From: Eledone cirrhosa
Taxonomy: Eukaryota
Direction: 5' to 3'
Assembly: GCA_964016885.1 (NCBI GenBank)
Contig: OZ024740.1
Coordinates: 2,604,001-2,668,000, forward strand
Length of the DNA: 64,000 bases
Shown in pieces: positions 51,201-64,000 of this stretch. Each line of letters opens with the position of its first letter. Position 1 is the first letter of the stretch. The notes under the pieces were generated by a model, which searched no databases, was not told where the DNA came from, and saw only the letters and a list, made by a program, of their open reading frames with translations. Position numbers and translations under genes: made by a program.

Positions 51201-54200
51201 ACCTTGTCTTCCCCAAAACCTCGTTATTCACCAAGCTATCTTTCTCTACCTTCTATTCCCCCAAAACTGCGTCTTCCACAAAGCTATCTTTCTCAACCTT
51301 GTCCTCCCCCAAAACCTCGTTATTCACCAAGCTATCATATTCAATCTTGTCTTCCCCAAAACCTCGTTATTTACCAAGCTATCTTTCTCAACCTTGTCTT
51401 CCCCAAAACCTCGTTATTCACCAAGCTATCTTTCTCTACCTTGTCTTCCCCCAAATCTTCGTTATTCACCAAGCCGTATTTCACTACCTTGTCTCCCCCG
51501 AAAACCTCATTATTCACTAAGCTATCTTACTCTAGCTTTTCCCCCCAAATCCTCGTTATTCACCAAGCCATCTTTCTTTACCTTGTCTTTCACCAAAACC
51601 TCGTTATTCACCAAGCTATGTTTCTCTACCTTGTCTTCCCCCTATACATCGTAATTCACGAAGCTATCCTTCACTACCTTCTCTTTCCCCAAAATCTCGT
51701 TATTCACCAAGCTATCCTTCTCAACCTTATCTTCCCCAAAACATTGTTATTCACCAAGCCATCTATTCTACCTTGTACTCCTCCAAAACCTTGTTATTCA
51801 CCAAGCTATCTTTCTCAACCTTGACTTCCCCAAAACCTCTTTATTCACCAAGATATCTTTCTCTACCTTGTCTTTCCCCAAAACAGCGTTATTAACCAAG
51901 ATATCTTTCTCAACCTTGACTTCACCCAAAACCTCGTTATTCACCAAGTTATCTTTCTCTACCTTTTCTTCCACAAAACCTTGTTATTCAACAAAATATA
52001 TTTCTCTACCTTGTCTTCCCCCAATACCTCGTTATACACCAAGCTATCTTAAACTACCTTGTCTTCCACCAAAACCACGTTATTCACCAAGCTATCTTTC
52101 TCTACCTTGTCTTCCGCAAAATATTGTTACTCACCAAGCCATCTTTCTCTACCGTGTCTTCCCCCAAATCCTCGTTATTCACCAAGCTATCTTTCTCAAC
52201 ATTGTTTTTCCCCAAAACCTCGTTATTTAACAAGCTAACCTTCTCAAACTTGTGTTCCCCGAAACCTCGTTATTCACCAAGCTATCTTTCTTAACTTTGT
52301 CTTCCCCCAAAACTGCGTTATTCACCAAGCTATCTTTTTCAACCTTGTCCTCCCCCAAAACCTCGTTATTCACCAAGCTAACTTTCTCAATCTTGTCTTC
52401 CACAAAACCTCGTTATTCACCAAGCTATCTTTCTCAACCTTGTCTTCCCCAAAACCTCGTTATTCAACAAGCTATCTTTCTCTACCTTGTCTTCCCCCAA
52501 AGCCTCAATATTCACCAAGCTATCTTTATGTACCTTTTCTTCCCCAAATCCTTGTTATTCACCAAGCTATCCTTATCTACCTTGTCTTCTCACAAACTTC
52601 GTTATTCACCAAGCTATCTTACTCTACCTTGTCCCCCCAAATCCTTGTTATTCACCAAGCCATCTTTCTTTACCTTGTCTTTCTCCAAAACCTCGTTATT
52701 AACCAAGATATCTTTCTCTACCTTGTCTTCCCTAAAACCACGTTATTCTCCAAGCTATCTTTCTCTACCTTGACTTCCGCAAAAGCTCGTTATTCACCAA
52801 GCTATCTTTCTCTACCTTGACTTCCCCCAAAACCTCGTTATTAACCAAGCTATCTTTCTCTACCTTGTCCTCCCCCAAAACTGCATTATTCTCAACGCTA
52901 TCTTTCTCAACTTTGTCTTTCCCCAAAACCTTGTTATTCACCAAGCCATCCTTCTCAACCTTGCCTTCCCCAAAACATTGTTATTCACCAAGCTATCTTT
53001 TCTACCTTGTCCTCCACAAAACTTCGTTATTCGCCAAGCTATATTTCTCAACCTAGTCTTCCCCAAAACCTCATTATTCACCAAGCTATCTTTCTCTACC
53101 TTGTCCTTCTGCAAAACCTCGTTATTCACCAAGCTATCTTTCTCAAATTTGTCTTTCCCCAAAACATCGTTATTTACCAAGCTATCTTCTCAACCATGTC
53201 TTCCCAAAAACCTCGTTATTCAACAAGCTACCTTTCTTTACCTTGTCCCCCCAAAACCTCCTTATTCACCAAGTCATCTTTCTTTAACTAGTTATTTCCC
53301 CACAACCTCGTTATTCACCAAGCTATGTTTCTCTACCCTGTCTTCTCCCAAAACCTCATAATTCACCAAGCTATTTTTTATCTACGTTGCCTTCCCACAA
53401 ATCTTCGTTATTCACCAAGCCGTATTTCTCTACCTTGTCGCCCCCAAATCCTCTTTATTTACCAAGCCATCTTTCTTTACCTTGTCTTTCCCCAAAACCT
53501 CGTTATTCACCAAGCTATGTTTCTCTACCTTGTCTTCCCCCTATACATGGTTATTCACGAAGCTATCCTTCTCTACCTTGTCTTCCACCAAAACCACGTT
53601 CTTCACCATGCTATCTTTCTCAACCTTCTCTTTCCCCAAAACCTCGTTATTCACCAAGCTATCCTTCTCAACCTTATCTTCCCCAAAACATTGTTATTCA
53701 CCAAGCTATCTATTCTACCTTGTCCTCCTCCAAAACCTTGTTATTCACAAAGCTATCTTTCTCAACCTTGTCTTCCCCAAAACCTCTTTATTTACCAAGC
53801 TATCTTTCTCTAAATTGTCCTTCCGCAAAACCTCTTTATTCCCCAAGCTATCTTCTCAATCTTGTCTTCCCCAAAACCTCGTTATTCAACAATCTACCTT
53901 TCTCTACCTTGTCCCCCCAAAACTTCCTTATTCACCAAGCTATCTTTCTCTACCTTGTAATCCCCCAAAACCTCGTTATTCACCAAGCTATCTTTCTCTA
54001 CCTTGTCTTCCGCAAAAGATCGTTATTCACCAAGCTATCTTTCTCTACCTTGTCTTCTCCCAAAACCACGTTATTCACCAAGCTATCTTTCTCTATCTTG
54101 TCTTCCGCAAAAGATCGTTATTCACCAAGCTATCTTTCTCTACTTTGTCCTTCCGCAAAAGATCGTTATTCACCAAGCTGTCTTTCTCTACCTTGTCTTC

Positions 54201-57200
54201 TCCCAAAACCACGTTATTCACCAAGCTATCTTTCTCTTCCTTGTCTTCCGCAAAAGATCGTTATTCACCAAGCTATCTTTCTCTACGTTGTCCTTCCGCA
54301 AAAGATCGTTATTCACCAAGCTATCTTTCTCAATCTTGTCTGCCGCAAAAGATTATTCATCAAGCTATCTTTCTCAACCTTGTCTTTCCCCAAAATCTCG
54401 TTATTCACCAATTTATCTTTCTCTACATTGTCTTCCCCAACAGCTTGTTTTTCAACAAGTTGTGTTTCTCTACCTTGTCTTCCCCGAAAACCTCGTTATT
54501 CACCAAGTCATCTTACTCTACGTTGTCCTCCCAAATCCTCGTTATTCACCAAGCTATCTTTCTCTACCTTTCCTTTCCCAAAACTTCGTTATTCACCAAG
54601 CTATCGTTGTCAACTTTGACTTCACCCAAAGCCTCGTTATTCACCAAGTTATCGTTCTCTACCTTGTCTTCCCCAAAACCTTGTTATTCAACAAAATATA
54701 TTTCTCTACCTTGTCTTCCCCCAATAACTTGTTATTCACCAAGCTATCTTAAACTACCTTGACTTCCACCAAAACCACGTTATTCACCAAACTATCTTTC
54801 TCTACCTTGTCTTCCCCAAAACATTGTTATTCACCAAGCTATCTATTCTACCTTGTCCTCCTCCAAAACCTTGTTATTCACAAAGCTATCTTTCTCAACC
54901 TTGTCTTCCCCAAAACCTCTTTATTCACCAAGCTATCTTTCTCTAAATTGTCCTTCCTCAAACCACTTTATTCCCCAAGCTATCTTCTCAACCTTGTCTT
55001 CCCCAAAACCTCGTTATTCAACAATCTACCTTTCTCTACCTTGTCCCCCCAAAACCTCCTTATTCACCAAGCTATCTTTCTCTACCTTGTAATCCCCCAA
55101 AACCTCGTTATTCACCAAGCTATCTTTCTCTACCTTGTCTTCCGCAAAAGATCGTTATTCACCAAGCTATCTTACTCTACCTTGTCTTCCGCAAAAGATC
55201 GTTATTCACCAAGCTATCTTTCTCTACCTTGTCTTCTCCCAAAACCACGTTATTCACCAAGCTTTCTTTCTCTACTTTGTCCTTCCGCAAAAGATCGTTA
55301 TTCACCAAGCTATCTTTCTCTACCTTGTCTTCTCCCAAAACCACATTATTCACCAAGCTATCTTTCTCTACCTTGTCTTCCGCAAAAGATCGTTATTCAC
55401 CAAGCTATCTTTCTCTACTTTGTCCTTCCGCAAAAGATCGTTATTCACCAAGCTATCTTTCTCAATCTTGTCTGCCGCAAAAGATTATTCATCAAGCTAT
55501 CTTTCTCAACCTTGTCTTTCCCCAAAACCTCATTATTCACCAATTTATCTTTCTCTACCTTGTCTTCCCCAACAGCTTGTTTTTCAACAAGTTGTGTTTC
55601 TCTACCTTGTCTTCCCCGAAAACCTCGTTATTCACCAAGTCATCTTACTCTACGTTGTCCTCCCAAATCCTCGTTATTCACCAAGCTATCTTTCTCTAAC
55701 TTATCTTTCCCAAAACTTCGTTATTCACCAAGCTATCTTTGTCAACTTTGACTTCACCCAAAGCCTCGTTATTCACCAAGTTATCTTTCTCTACCTTGTC
55801 TTCCCCAAAACCTTGTTATTCAACAAAATATATTTCTCTACCTTGTCTTCCCCCAATATCTTGTTATTCACCAAGCTATCTTAAACTACCTTGTCTTCCA
55901 CCAAAACCACGTTATTCACCAAATTATCTTTCTCTACCTTGTCTTCCGCAAAATATTGTTATTCACCAAGCCATCTTTCTCTACCGTGTCTTCACCAAAA
56001 CCTCGTTATTCACCAAGCTATCTTTCTCAACATTGTCTTTCCCCAAAACCTCTTTATTCAACAAGCTATCTTTCTCTACCTTATCTTCCACCAAAACCAC
56101 GTTATTCACCATGCTATCTTTCTCAACCTTGTCATTCCCCAAAACCTCGTTATTCAACAAGCTATCTTTCTCAACCTTGTCCTCCCCCAAATCCTCGTTA
56201 TTCACCAAGGTATCTTTCTCAATCTTGTCTTCCCCAAAACCTCGTTATTCACCAAGCTATCTTTCTCAATCTTGTCTTCCCCAAAACCTGGTTATTCACC
56301 AAGCTATCTTTATCTACCTTGTCTTCCCCAAAATCACGTTATTCACCAAGCTATCTTACTTTACATACTCTTCCCCCAAATCCTCGTTATTCACCAAGCT
56401 ATCTTTCTCAACTTGGTCTTTCCCCAAAACATCGTTATTCACCAAGCTATCCTTTTCTACCTTTCCTTCCACCAAAATATCGAAATTCACCAAGCTATGG
56501 TTCTCTACCTTGTTATCCCACAAAACCTTGTTATTCATCAAGCTATCTTTCTCAACCTTGTCTTCCCCCAAATCTTCGTTATTCAGCAAGCTATCTTTCT
56601 CAACATTGTCTTCCCCAAAACCTCTATATTCACCAAGCTATCTGTCGCTACCTTGCCCTTCCGCAAAACCTCTTTATTCCCCAAGCTATCTTTCTCTACC
56701 TTGTCGTCCCCCAAAACTTCGTTATTCACCAAGCTATCTTCTCAACCTTGTCTTCCCAAAAATCTCGTTTTTCAACAAGCTACCTTACTCTACCTTGTCA
56801 CCCCAAAACCTCCTTATTCACCAAGCTATCTTTCTCTACGTTGTCATACCCCAAAACCTCGTTATTCACCAAGCTAACTTTCTCTACATTGTTTTCCCCA
56901 AAACCTTGTTATTCACCAAGCTATCCTTCTCTACCTTATCTTCTCCCAAACTTCGTTATTCACCAAGCCATCTTTCTCTACCTTGTCTTTCCACAAAAAC
57001 CACGTTATTCACCAAGCTATCTTTCTCTACCTTGTCTTCCGCAAAAGATCGATATTCACCAAGCTATCTTTCTCTAACTTGTCTTCTCCCAAAACCCCGT
57101 TATTCACCAAGCTATCTTTCTCTACCTTGTCTTCCGCAAAAGATCGTTATTCACCAAGCTATCTTTCTCTACCTTGTCTTCCGCAAAAGATCGTTATTCA

Positions 57201-60200
57201 CCAAGCGATCTTTCTCAACCGTGTCATTCCCCAAAACCTCGTTATTCAACAAGCTATCCTTCTCAAACTTGTGTTCCCCAAAACCTCGTTATTCACCAAT
57301 TTATATTTCTCTACCCTTTTCTTCCGCTATTACCTCGTTATTCACCATGCTATGTATCTCTACCTTGTCATCCCCCAAAACCTCGTTATTCACCAACCTA
57401 TCTTTCTCTACCTTGTCTCACCCCAATACCTCGTTATTCACCAAGCTATCCTTCTCAACCTTGTCTTCCCCAAAACATTGTTATTCACCAAGCTATCTTT
57501 TCTACCTTGTCCTCCCCCAAACATTGTTATTCACCAAGCTATCTTTCTCAAACTTATCTCCCCCAAAACTCTTTATTCACCAAGCTATCTTTCTCTACCT
57601 TGTCCTTCCGCAAAACCTCTTTATTCCCCAAGCTATCTTTCTCTACCTTGTCTTCCCCAAAACATTTTTATTCACCATGCTATCTTCTCAACCTTGTCTT
57701 CCCCAAAATCTCGTTATTCAACAAGCTATCTTTCTCTACCTTGTCCCCCCAAAACCTCCTTATTCACCAGGCGATCTTTTTCTACCTTGTCATCCCTCAA
57801 AACCTCGTTATTCACCAAGCTATCTTTCTCTACATTGTTTTCCCCAAAACCTTGTTATTCACCAAGCTATCCTTCTCTACCTTATCTTCTCCCAAAACTA
57901 CGTTATTCACCAAGCTATCTTTCTCTACCTTGTCTTCCGCAAAATATCGTTATTCACCAAGCTATCTTTCTCTAACTTGTCTTCCCCAAAACCTCGTTAT
58001 TCACCAAGCTATCTTAAACTACCTTGTCTTCCACCAAAACCACGTTATTCACCAAGCTATCTTACTCTACCTTGTCTTCCGCAAAATATTGTTACTCACC
58101 AAGCCATCTTCTCTACCATGTCTTCCCCCAAAACCTCGTTATTTACCAAGCTATCTTTCTCAACATTGTCTTTCCCCAAAACCTTGTTATTTAACAAGCT
58201 ATCCTTCTCAAATATGTGTTCCCCAAAACCTCGTTATTCACCAAGCTATCATTCTCAACCTTGTCTTCCCCAAAACCTCGTTATTCACCAAGCTATCTTT
58301 TTCTACATTGTCTTCCCCCAAAGCCTCTATATTCACCAAGCTATCTTTATCTACCTTGTCTTCCCCAAAACCTTGTTATTCACCAAGCTATCCTTCTCTA
58401 CCTTGTCTTCTCCCAAACCTCGTTATTCACCAAGCTATCTTACTCTACCTTGTCCCCCCAAATCCTCGTTATTCACCAAGCCATCTTTCTTTACCTTGTC
58501 TTTTCCCAAAACCTCGTTATTCACCAGGCTAGGTTTCTCTACCTTGTCTTCCCCCTATACATCGTTATTCACGAAGCTATCTTTCTCTACCTTGTCTTCC
58601 ACCAAAACCACGTTATTCACCAAGCTATCCTTCTCAACCTTATCTTCCCCAAAACATTGTTATTCACCAAGCTATCTTTCTCTAACTTATCTTTCCCAAA
58701 ACTTCGTTATTCACCAAGCTATCTTTCTCTAACTTATCTTTCCCAAAACTTCGTTATTCACCAAGCTATCTTTGTCAACTTTGACTTCACCCAAAGCCTC
58801 GTTATTCACCAAGCTATCTTTCTCAACTTTGTCTTCCCCAAAACCTCTTTATTCACCAAGCTATCTTTCTCTAAATTATCCTTCCGCAAAACCTTTTTAT
58901 TCCCCAAGCTATTTTTCTCTACCTTGTCTTCCCCCAAAACTTCGGTATTCACCAAGCTATCTTTCTCAACATTGTCTTTCCCCAAAACCTCGTTATTTAA
59001 CAAGCTATCCTTCTCAAATTTGTGTTCCCCAAAACCTCGTTATTCACCAAGCTATCTTTCTCTACCTTGTCTTCCCCCAAAGCCTCTATATTCACCAAGC
59101 TATCGTAATCTACCTTGTCTTCCCCAAAACCTTGTTATTCACCAAGCTATCCTTCTCTAACTTGTCTTCTCCCAAACCTCGTTATTCACGAAGCTATCTT
59201 ACTCTACCTTGTCCTCCCAAATCCTCGTTATTCACCAAGCCATCTTTCTTTACCTTGTCTTTCTCCAAAACCTCGTTATTAACCAAGATATCTTTCTCTA
59301 CCTTGTCTTCCCTAAAACCACGTTATTCTCCAAGCTATCTTTCTCTACCTTGACTTCCGCAAAAGCTCGTTATTCACCAAGCTATCTTTCTCCACCTTGA
59401 CTTCCCCCAAAACCTCGTTATTAACCAAGCTATCTTTATCTACCTTGTCTTCCCCAAAACCACGTTATTTACTAAGTTATATTTCTCTATCTTGTCTTCC
59501 CCCAAACCTTGTTATTCAATAAAATATATTTCTCTACCTTGTCTACCCCCAAATCCTCGTTATTCACCAAGCTATCTTTCTCTACCTTGTCATCCCCCAA
59601 AACTGCGTTATTCACCAAGCTATCTTTCTCAACCTTGTCTCTCCTCAAAACATCGTTATTCACCAAGCTATCCTTCTAAACCTTGTCTTCCCCAAAATCT
59701 TGTTATTCATTAAGCTATCTTTCTCTACCTTGTCTTCTCCCAAAACCTCATTATTCACCAAGCTATTTTTTATCTACCTCGTATTCCCCAAAATCTTCGT
59801 TATTCACCAAGCCGTATTTCTCTACCTTGTCTTCCCCGAAAACCTCGTTATTCACCAAGCTATCTTTCTTTACCTTGTCTTTCCCCAACACCTCGTTATT
59901 CACCAAGCTAGGTTTCTCTACCTTGACTTCACCCTATACATCGTTATTCACGAAGCTATCTTTCTCTACCTTGTCTTCCACCAAAACCACGTTATTCACC
60001 AAGCTATCTTTCTCAACCTTCTCTTTCCCCAAAACCTCGTTATTCACCAAGCTATCCTTCTCAACCTTATCTTCCCTAAAACATTGTTATTCACCAAGCT
60101 ATCTTTTCGACCATGTACTCCTCCAACACCTTGTTATTCACCAAGCTATCTTTCTCAACTTTGTCTTCCCCCAAACCTCTTTATTCACCAAGCTATCTTT

Positions 60201-63200
60201 CTCTAAATTATCCTTCCGCAAAACCTCTTTATTCCCCAAGCTATCTTTCTCTACCTTGTCTTCCCCCAAAACTTCGTTTTTCACCAAGCTATCTTCTCAA
60301 TCTTGTCTTCCCCAAATCCTCGTTATTCAACAATCTACCTTTCTCTACCTTGTCCCCCAAAACCTCTTTATTCACGAAGCTATCTTTCTCTACCTTGTCA
60401 TCCGCCAAAACCTCGTTATTCACCAAGCATTCTTTCTCTACCTTGTCTTCCGCAAATGATCGTTATTCACCAAGCTATCTTTCTCTACCTTTTCTTCCAC
60501 CAAAACCACGTTATTCACCAAGCTATCTTTCTCAATCTTGTCTGCCGCAAAAGATTACTCATTAAGCTATCTTTCTCAACCTTATCTTTCCCCAAAACCT
60601 CGTTATTCAGCAATTTATCCTTCTCTACCTTGTCTTCCCCAAAACCTTTTTATTCAACAAGATATATTTCCCTACCTTTTCTTCCCCTAAAACCTCGTCA
60701 TTCACCAAGCTATGTTTATCTACCTTGTCATCCCCCAAAACCTCGTTATTCACCAAGCTATCTTACTCTACCTTGTCTTCCCCAACACATTTTTATTCAA
60801 CAAGTTATGTTTCTCTACCTTGTCTTCCCCCAAAACCTCGTTATTCACCAAGCTATCTTACTCTACGTTGTCCCCCCAAATCCTCGTTATTCACCAAGCT
60901 ATATTCCTCTACCTTATCTTTCCCCAAAACTTCGTTATTAACCAAGCTATCTTTCTCAACTTTGACTTCACCCAAAGCCTCGTTATTCACCAAGTTATCT
61001 TTCTCTACCTTGTCTTCCCCAAAACCTTGTTATTCAACAAAATATATTTCTCTACTTTGTCTTCCCCCAATACTTCGTTAATCACCAAGCTATCTTAAAC
61101 TACCTTGACTTCTACCAAAACCACGTTATTCACCAAACTATCTTTCTCTACCTTGTCTTCCCCAAAATATTGTTATTCACCAAGCCATCTTTCTCTACTG
61201 TGTCTTCCCCCAAAACCTCGTTATTCACCAAACTATCTTTCTCAACATTGTCTTTCCCCAAAACCTCGTTATTCAAGAAGCTATCCTTCTCAACCTTGTC
61301 TTCCCCAAAACCTCGTTATTCACCAAGCTATCTTTCTCTACCTTCTATTCCCCCAAAACTGCGTCTTCCACAAAGCTATCTATCTCAACCTTGTCCTCCC
61401 CCAAAACCTCGTTATTCACCAAGCTATCATATTCAATCTTGTCTTCCCCAAAACCTTGTTATTTACCAAGCTATCTTTCTCAACCTTGTCTTCCCCAAAA
61501 CCTCGTTATTCACCAAGCTATCCTTCTCTACCTTGTCTTCTCCCAAACCTCGTTATTCACCAAGCTATCTTACTCTACCTTGTCCCCCCAAATCCTCGTT
61601 ATTCACCAAGCCATCTTTCTTTACCTTGTCTTTTCCCAAAACCTCGTTATTCACCAGGCTAGGTTTCTCTACCTTGTCTTCCCCCTATACATCGTTATTC
61701 ACGAAGCTATCTTTCTCTACCTTGTCTTCCACCAAAACCACGTTATTCACCAAGCTATCTTTCTCAACCTTCTCTTTCCCCTAAACCTCGTTATTCACCA
61801 AGCTATCCTTCTCAACCTTATCTTCCCCAAAACATTGTTATTCACCAAGCTATCTTTCTCTAACTTATCTTTCCCAAAACTTCGTTATTCACCAAGCTAT
61901 CTTTCTCTAACTTATCTTTCCCAAAACTTCGTTATTCACCAAGCTATCTTTGTCAACTTTGACTTCACCCAAAGCCTCGTTATTCACCAAGCTATCTTTC
62001 TCAACTTTGTCTTCCCCAAAACCTCTTTATTCACCAAGCTATCTTTCTCTAAATTATCCTTCCGCAAAACCTTTTTATTCCCCAAGCTATTTTTCTCTAC
62101 CTTGTCTTCCCCCAAAACTTCGGTATTCACCAAGCTATCTTTCTCAACATTGTCTTTCCCCAAAACCTCGTTATTTAACAAGCTATCCTTCTCAAATTTG
62201 TGTTCCCCAAAACCTCGTTATTCACCAAGCTATCTTTCTCTACCTTGTCTTCCCCCAAAGCCTCTATATTCACCAAGCTATCTTTATCTACCTTGTCTTC
62301 CCCAAAACCTTGTTATTCACCAAGCTATCCTTCTCTAACTTGTCTTCTCCCAAACCTCGTTATTCACGAAGCTATCTTACTCTACCTTGTCCTCCCAAAT
62401 CCTCGTTATTCACCAAGCCATCTTTCTTTACCTTGTCTTTCTCCAAAACCTCGTTATTAACCAAGATATCTTTCTCTACCTTGTCTTCCCTAAAACCACG
62501 TTATTCTCCAAGCTATCTTTCTCTACCTTGACTTCCGCAAAAGCTCGTTATTCACCAAGCTATCTTTCTCCACCTTGACTTCCCCCAAAACCTCGTTATT
62601 AACCAAGCTATCTTTATCTACCTTGTCTTCCCCAAAACCACGTTATTTACTAAGTTATATTTCTCTATCTTGTCTTCCCCCAAACCTTGTTATTCAATAA
62701 AATATATTTCTCTACCTTGTCTACCCCCAAATCCTCGTTATTCACCAAGCTATCTTTCTCTACCTTGTCATCCCCCAAAACTGCGTTATTCACCAAGCTA
62801 TCTTTCTCAACCTTGTCTCTCCTCAAAACATCGTTATTCACCAAGCTATCCTTCTAAACCTTGTCTTCCCCAAAATCTTGTTATTCATTAAGCTATCTTT
62901 CTCTACCTTGTCTTCTCCCAAAACCTCATTATTCACCAAGCTATTTTTTATCTACCTCGTATTCCCCAAAATCTTCGTTATTCACCAAGCCGTATTTCTC
63001 TACCTTGTCTTCCCCGAAAACCTCGTTATTCACCAAGCTATCTTTCTTTACCTTGTCTTTCCCCAACACCTCGTTATTCACCAAGCTAGGTTTCTCTACC
63101 TTGACTTCACCCTATACATCGTTATTCACGAAGCTATCTTTCTCTACCTTGTCTTCCACCAAAACCACGTTATTCACCAAGCTATCTTTCTCAATCTTGT

Positions 63201-64000
63201 CTGCCGCAAAAGATTACTCATTAAGCTATCTTTCTCAACCTTATCTTTCCCCAAAACCTCGTTATTCAGCAATTTATCCTTCTCTACCTTGTCTTCCCCA
63301 AAACCTTTTTATTCAACAAGATATATTTCCCTACCTTTTCTTCCCCTAAAACCTCGTCATTCACCAAGCTATGTTTATCTAACTTGTCATCCCCCAAAAC
63401 CTCGTTATTCACCAAGCTATCTTACTCTACCTTGTCTTCCCCAACACATTTTTATTCAACAAGTTATGTTTCTCTACCTTGTCTTCCCCCAAAACCTCGT
63501 TATTCACCAAGCTATCTTACTCTACGTTGTCCCCCCAAATCCTCGTTATTCACCAAGCTATATTCCTCTACCTTATCTTTCCCCAAAACTTCGTTATTAA
63601 CCAAGCTATCTTTCTCAACTTTGACTTCACCCAAAGCCTCGTTATTCACCAAGTTATCTTTCTCTACCTTGTCTTCCCCAAAACCTTGTTATTCAACAAA
63701 ATATATTTCTCTACTTTGTCTTCCCCCAATACTTCGTTAATCACCAAGCTATCTTAAACTACCTTGACTTCTACCAAAACCACGTTATTCACCAAACTAT
63801 CTTTCTCTACCTTGTCTTCCCCAAAATATTGTTATTCACCAAGCCATCTTTCTCTACTGTGTCTTCCCCCAAAACCTCGTTATTCACCAAACTATCTTTC
63901 TCAACATTGTCTTTCCCCAAAACCTCGTTATTCAAGAAGCTATCCTTCTCAACCTTGTCTTCCCCAAAACCTCGTTATTCACCAAGCTATCTTTCTCTAC
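18278..64000. repeat. 47-48-bp satellite array, >45 kb, continuing beyond the window
   Basis: Consensus AAAACCTCGTTATTCACCAAGCTATCTTTCTCTACCTTGTCTTCCCCC, head-to-tail in one orientation; no inserted element seen; roughly 950 monomers by length. Confidence 0.98.

Noticed and set aside
18273-63757. Hundreds of long ORFs (up to 997 aa) with KTSLFTKLSFSTLSSP, PRYSPSYLSLPCLPP or VNNEVLGEDKVEKDSL repeats
   Set aside because: The 48-bp consensus is stop-free in several frames, and 47/48-bp length variation shifts frame constantly. No frame is preserved, so these are satellite translation artefacts.
18273-64000. YSPSY peptide resembling the RNA polymerase II CTD heptad
   Set aside because: Period is 16 aa, not 7; there is no YSPTSPS and no polymerase body.
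18278-64000. CRISPR-like regular repeats
   Set aside because: No unique spacers, no cas genes, and a eukaryotic context.

Overview
Eukaryotic, gene-free repeat DNA. The SINE types resemble cephalopod (Octopus-like) repeats, which is an inference from recognition, not a search. Bases 1-18.3 kb are a transposon graveyard with microsatellites: two tRNA-derived SINEs, a CRE-type endonuclease fragment, a Penelope-like (GIY-YIG) remnant with an inverted 5' end, a 5'-truncated Tx1/L1 LINE joined tail-to-tail to an R4/Dong LINE through one (ATT)n tract, and two further Tx1/L1 pieces. From ~18.28 kb to the window end runs a 47-48-bp satellite (~950 monomers) with nested multi-kb duplications; the ORFs called there are translation artefacts. 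The most notable signal is a cluster of minimal type I hammerhead ribozyme motifs between 1.5 and 5.6 kb. One lies in a hairpin-rich ~430-bp non-coding unit present as tandem plus inverted copies, a candidate retrozyme or non-autonomous Penelope-like element. Nothing was computed or searched; coordinates were read by eye.
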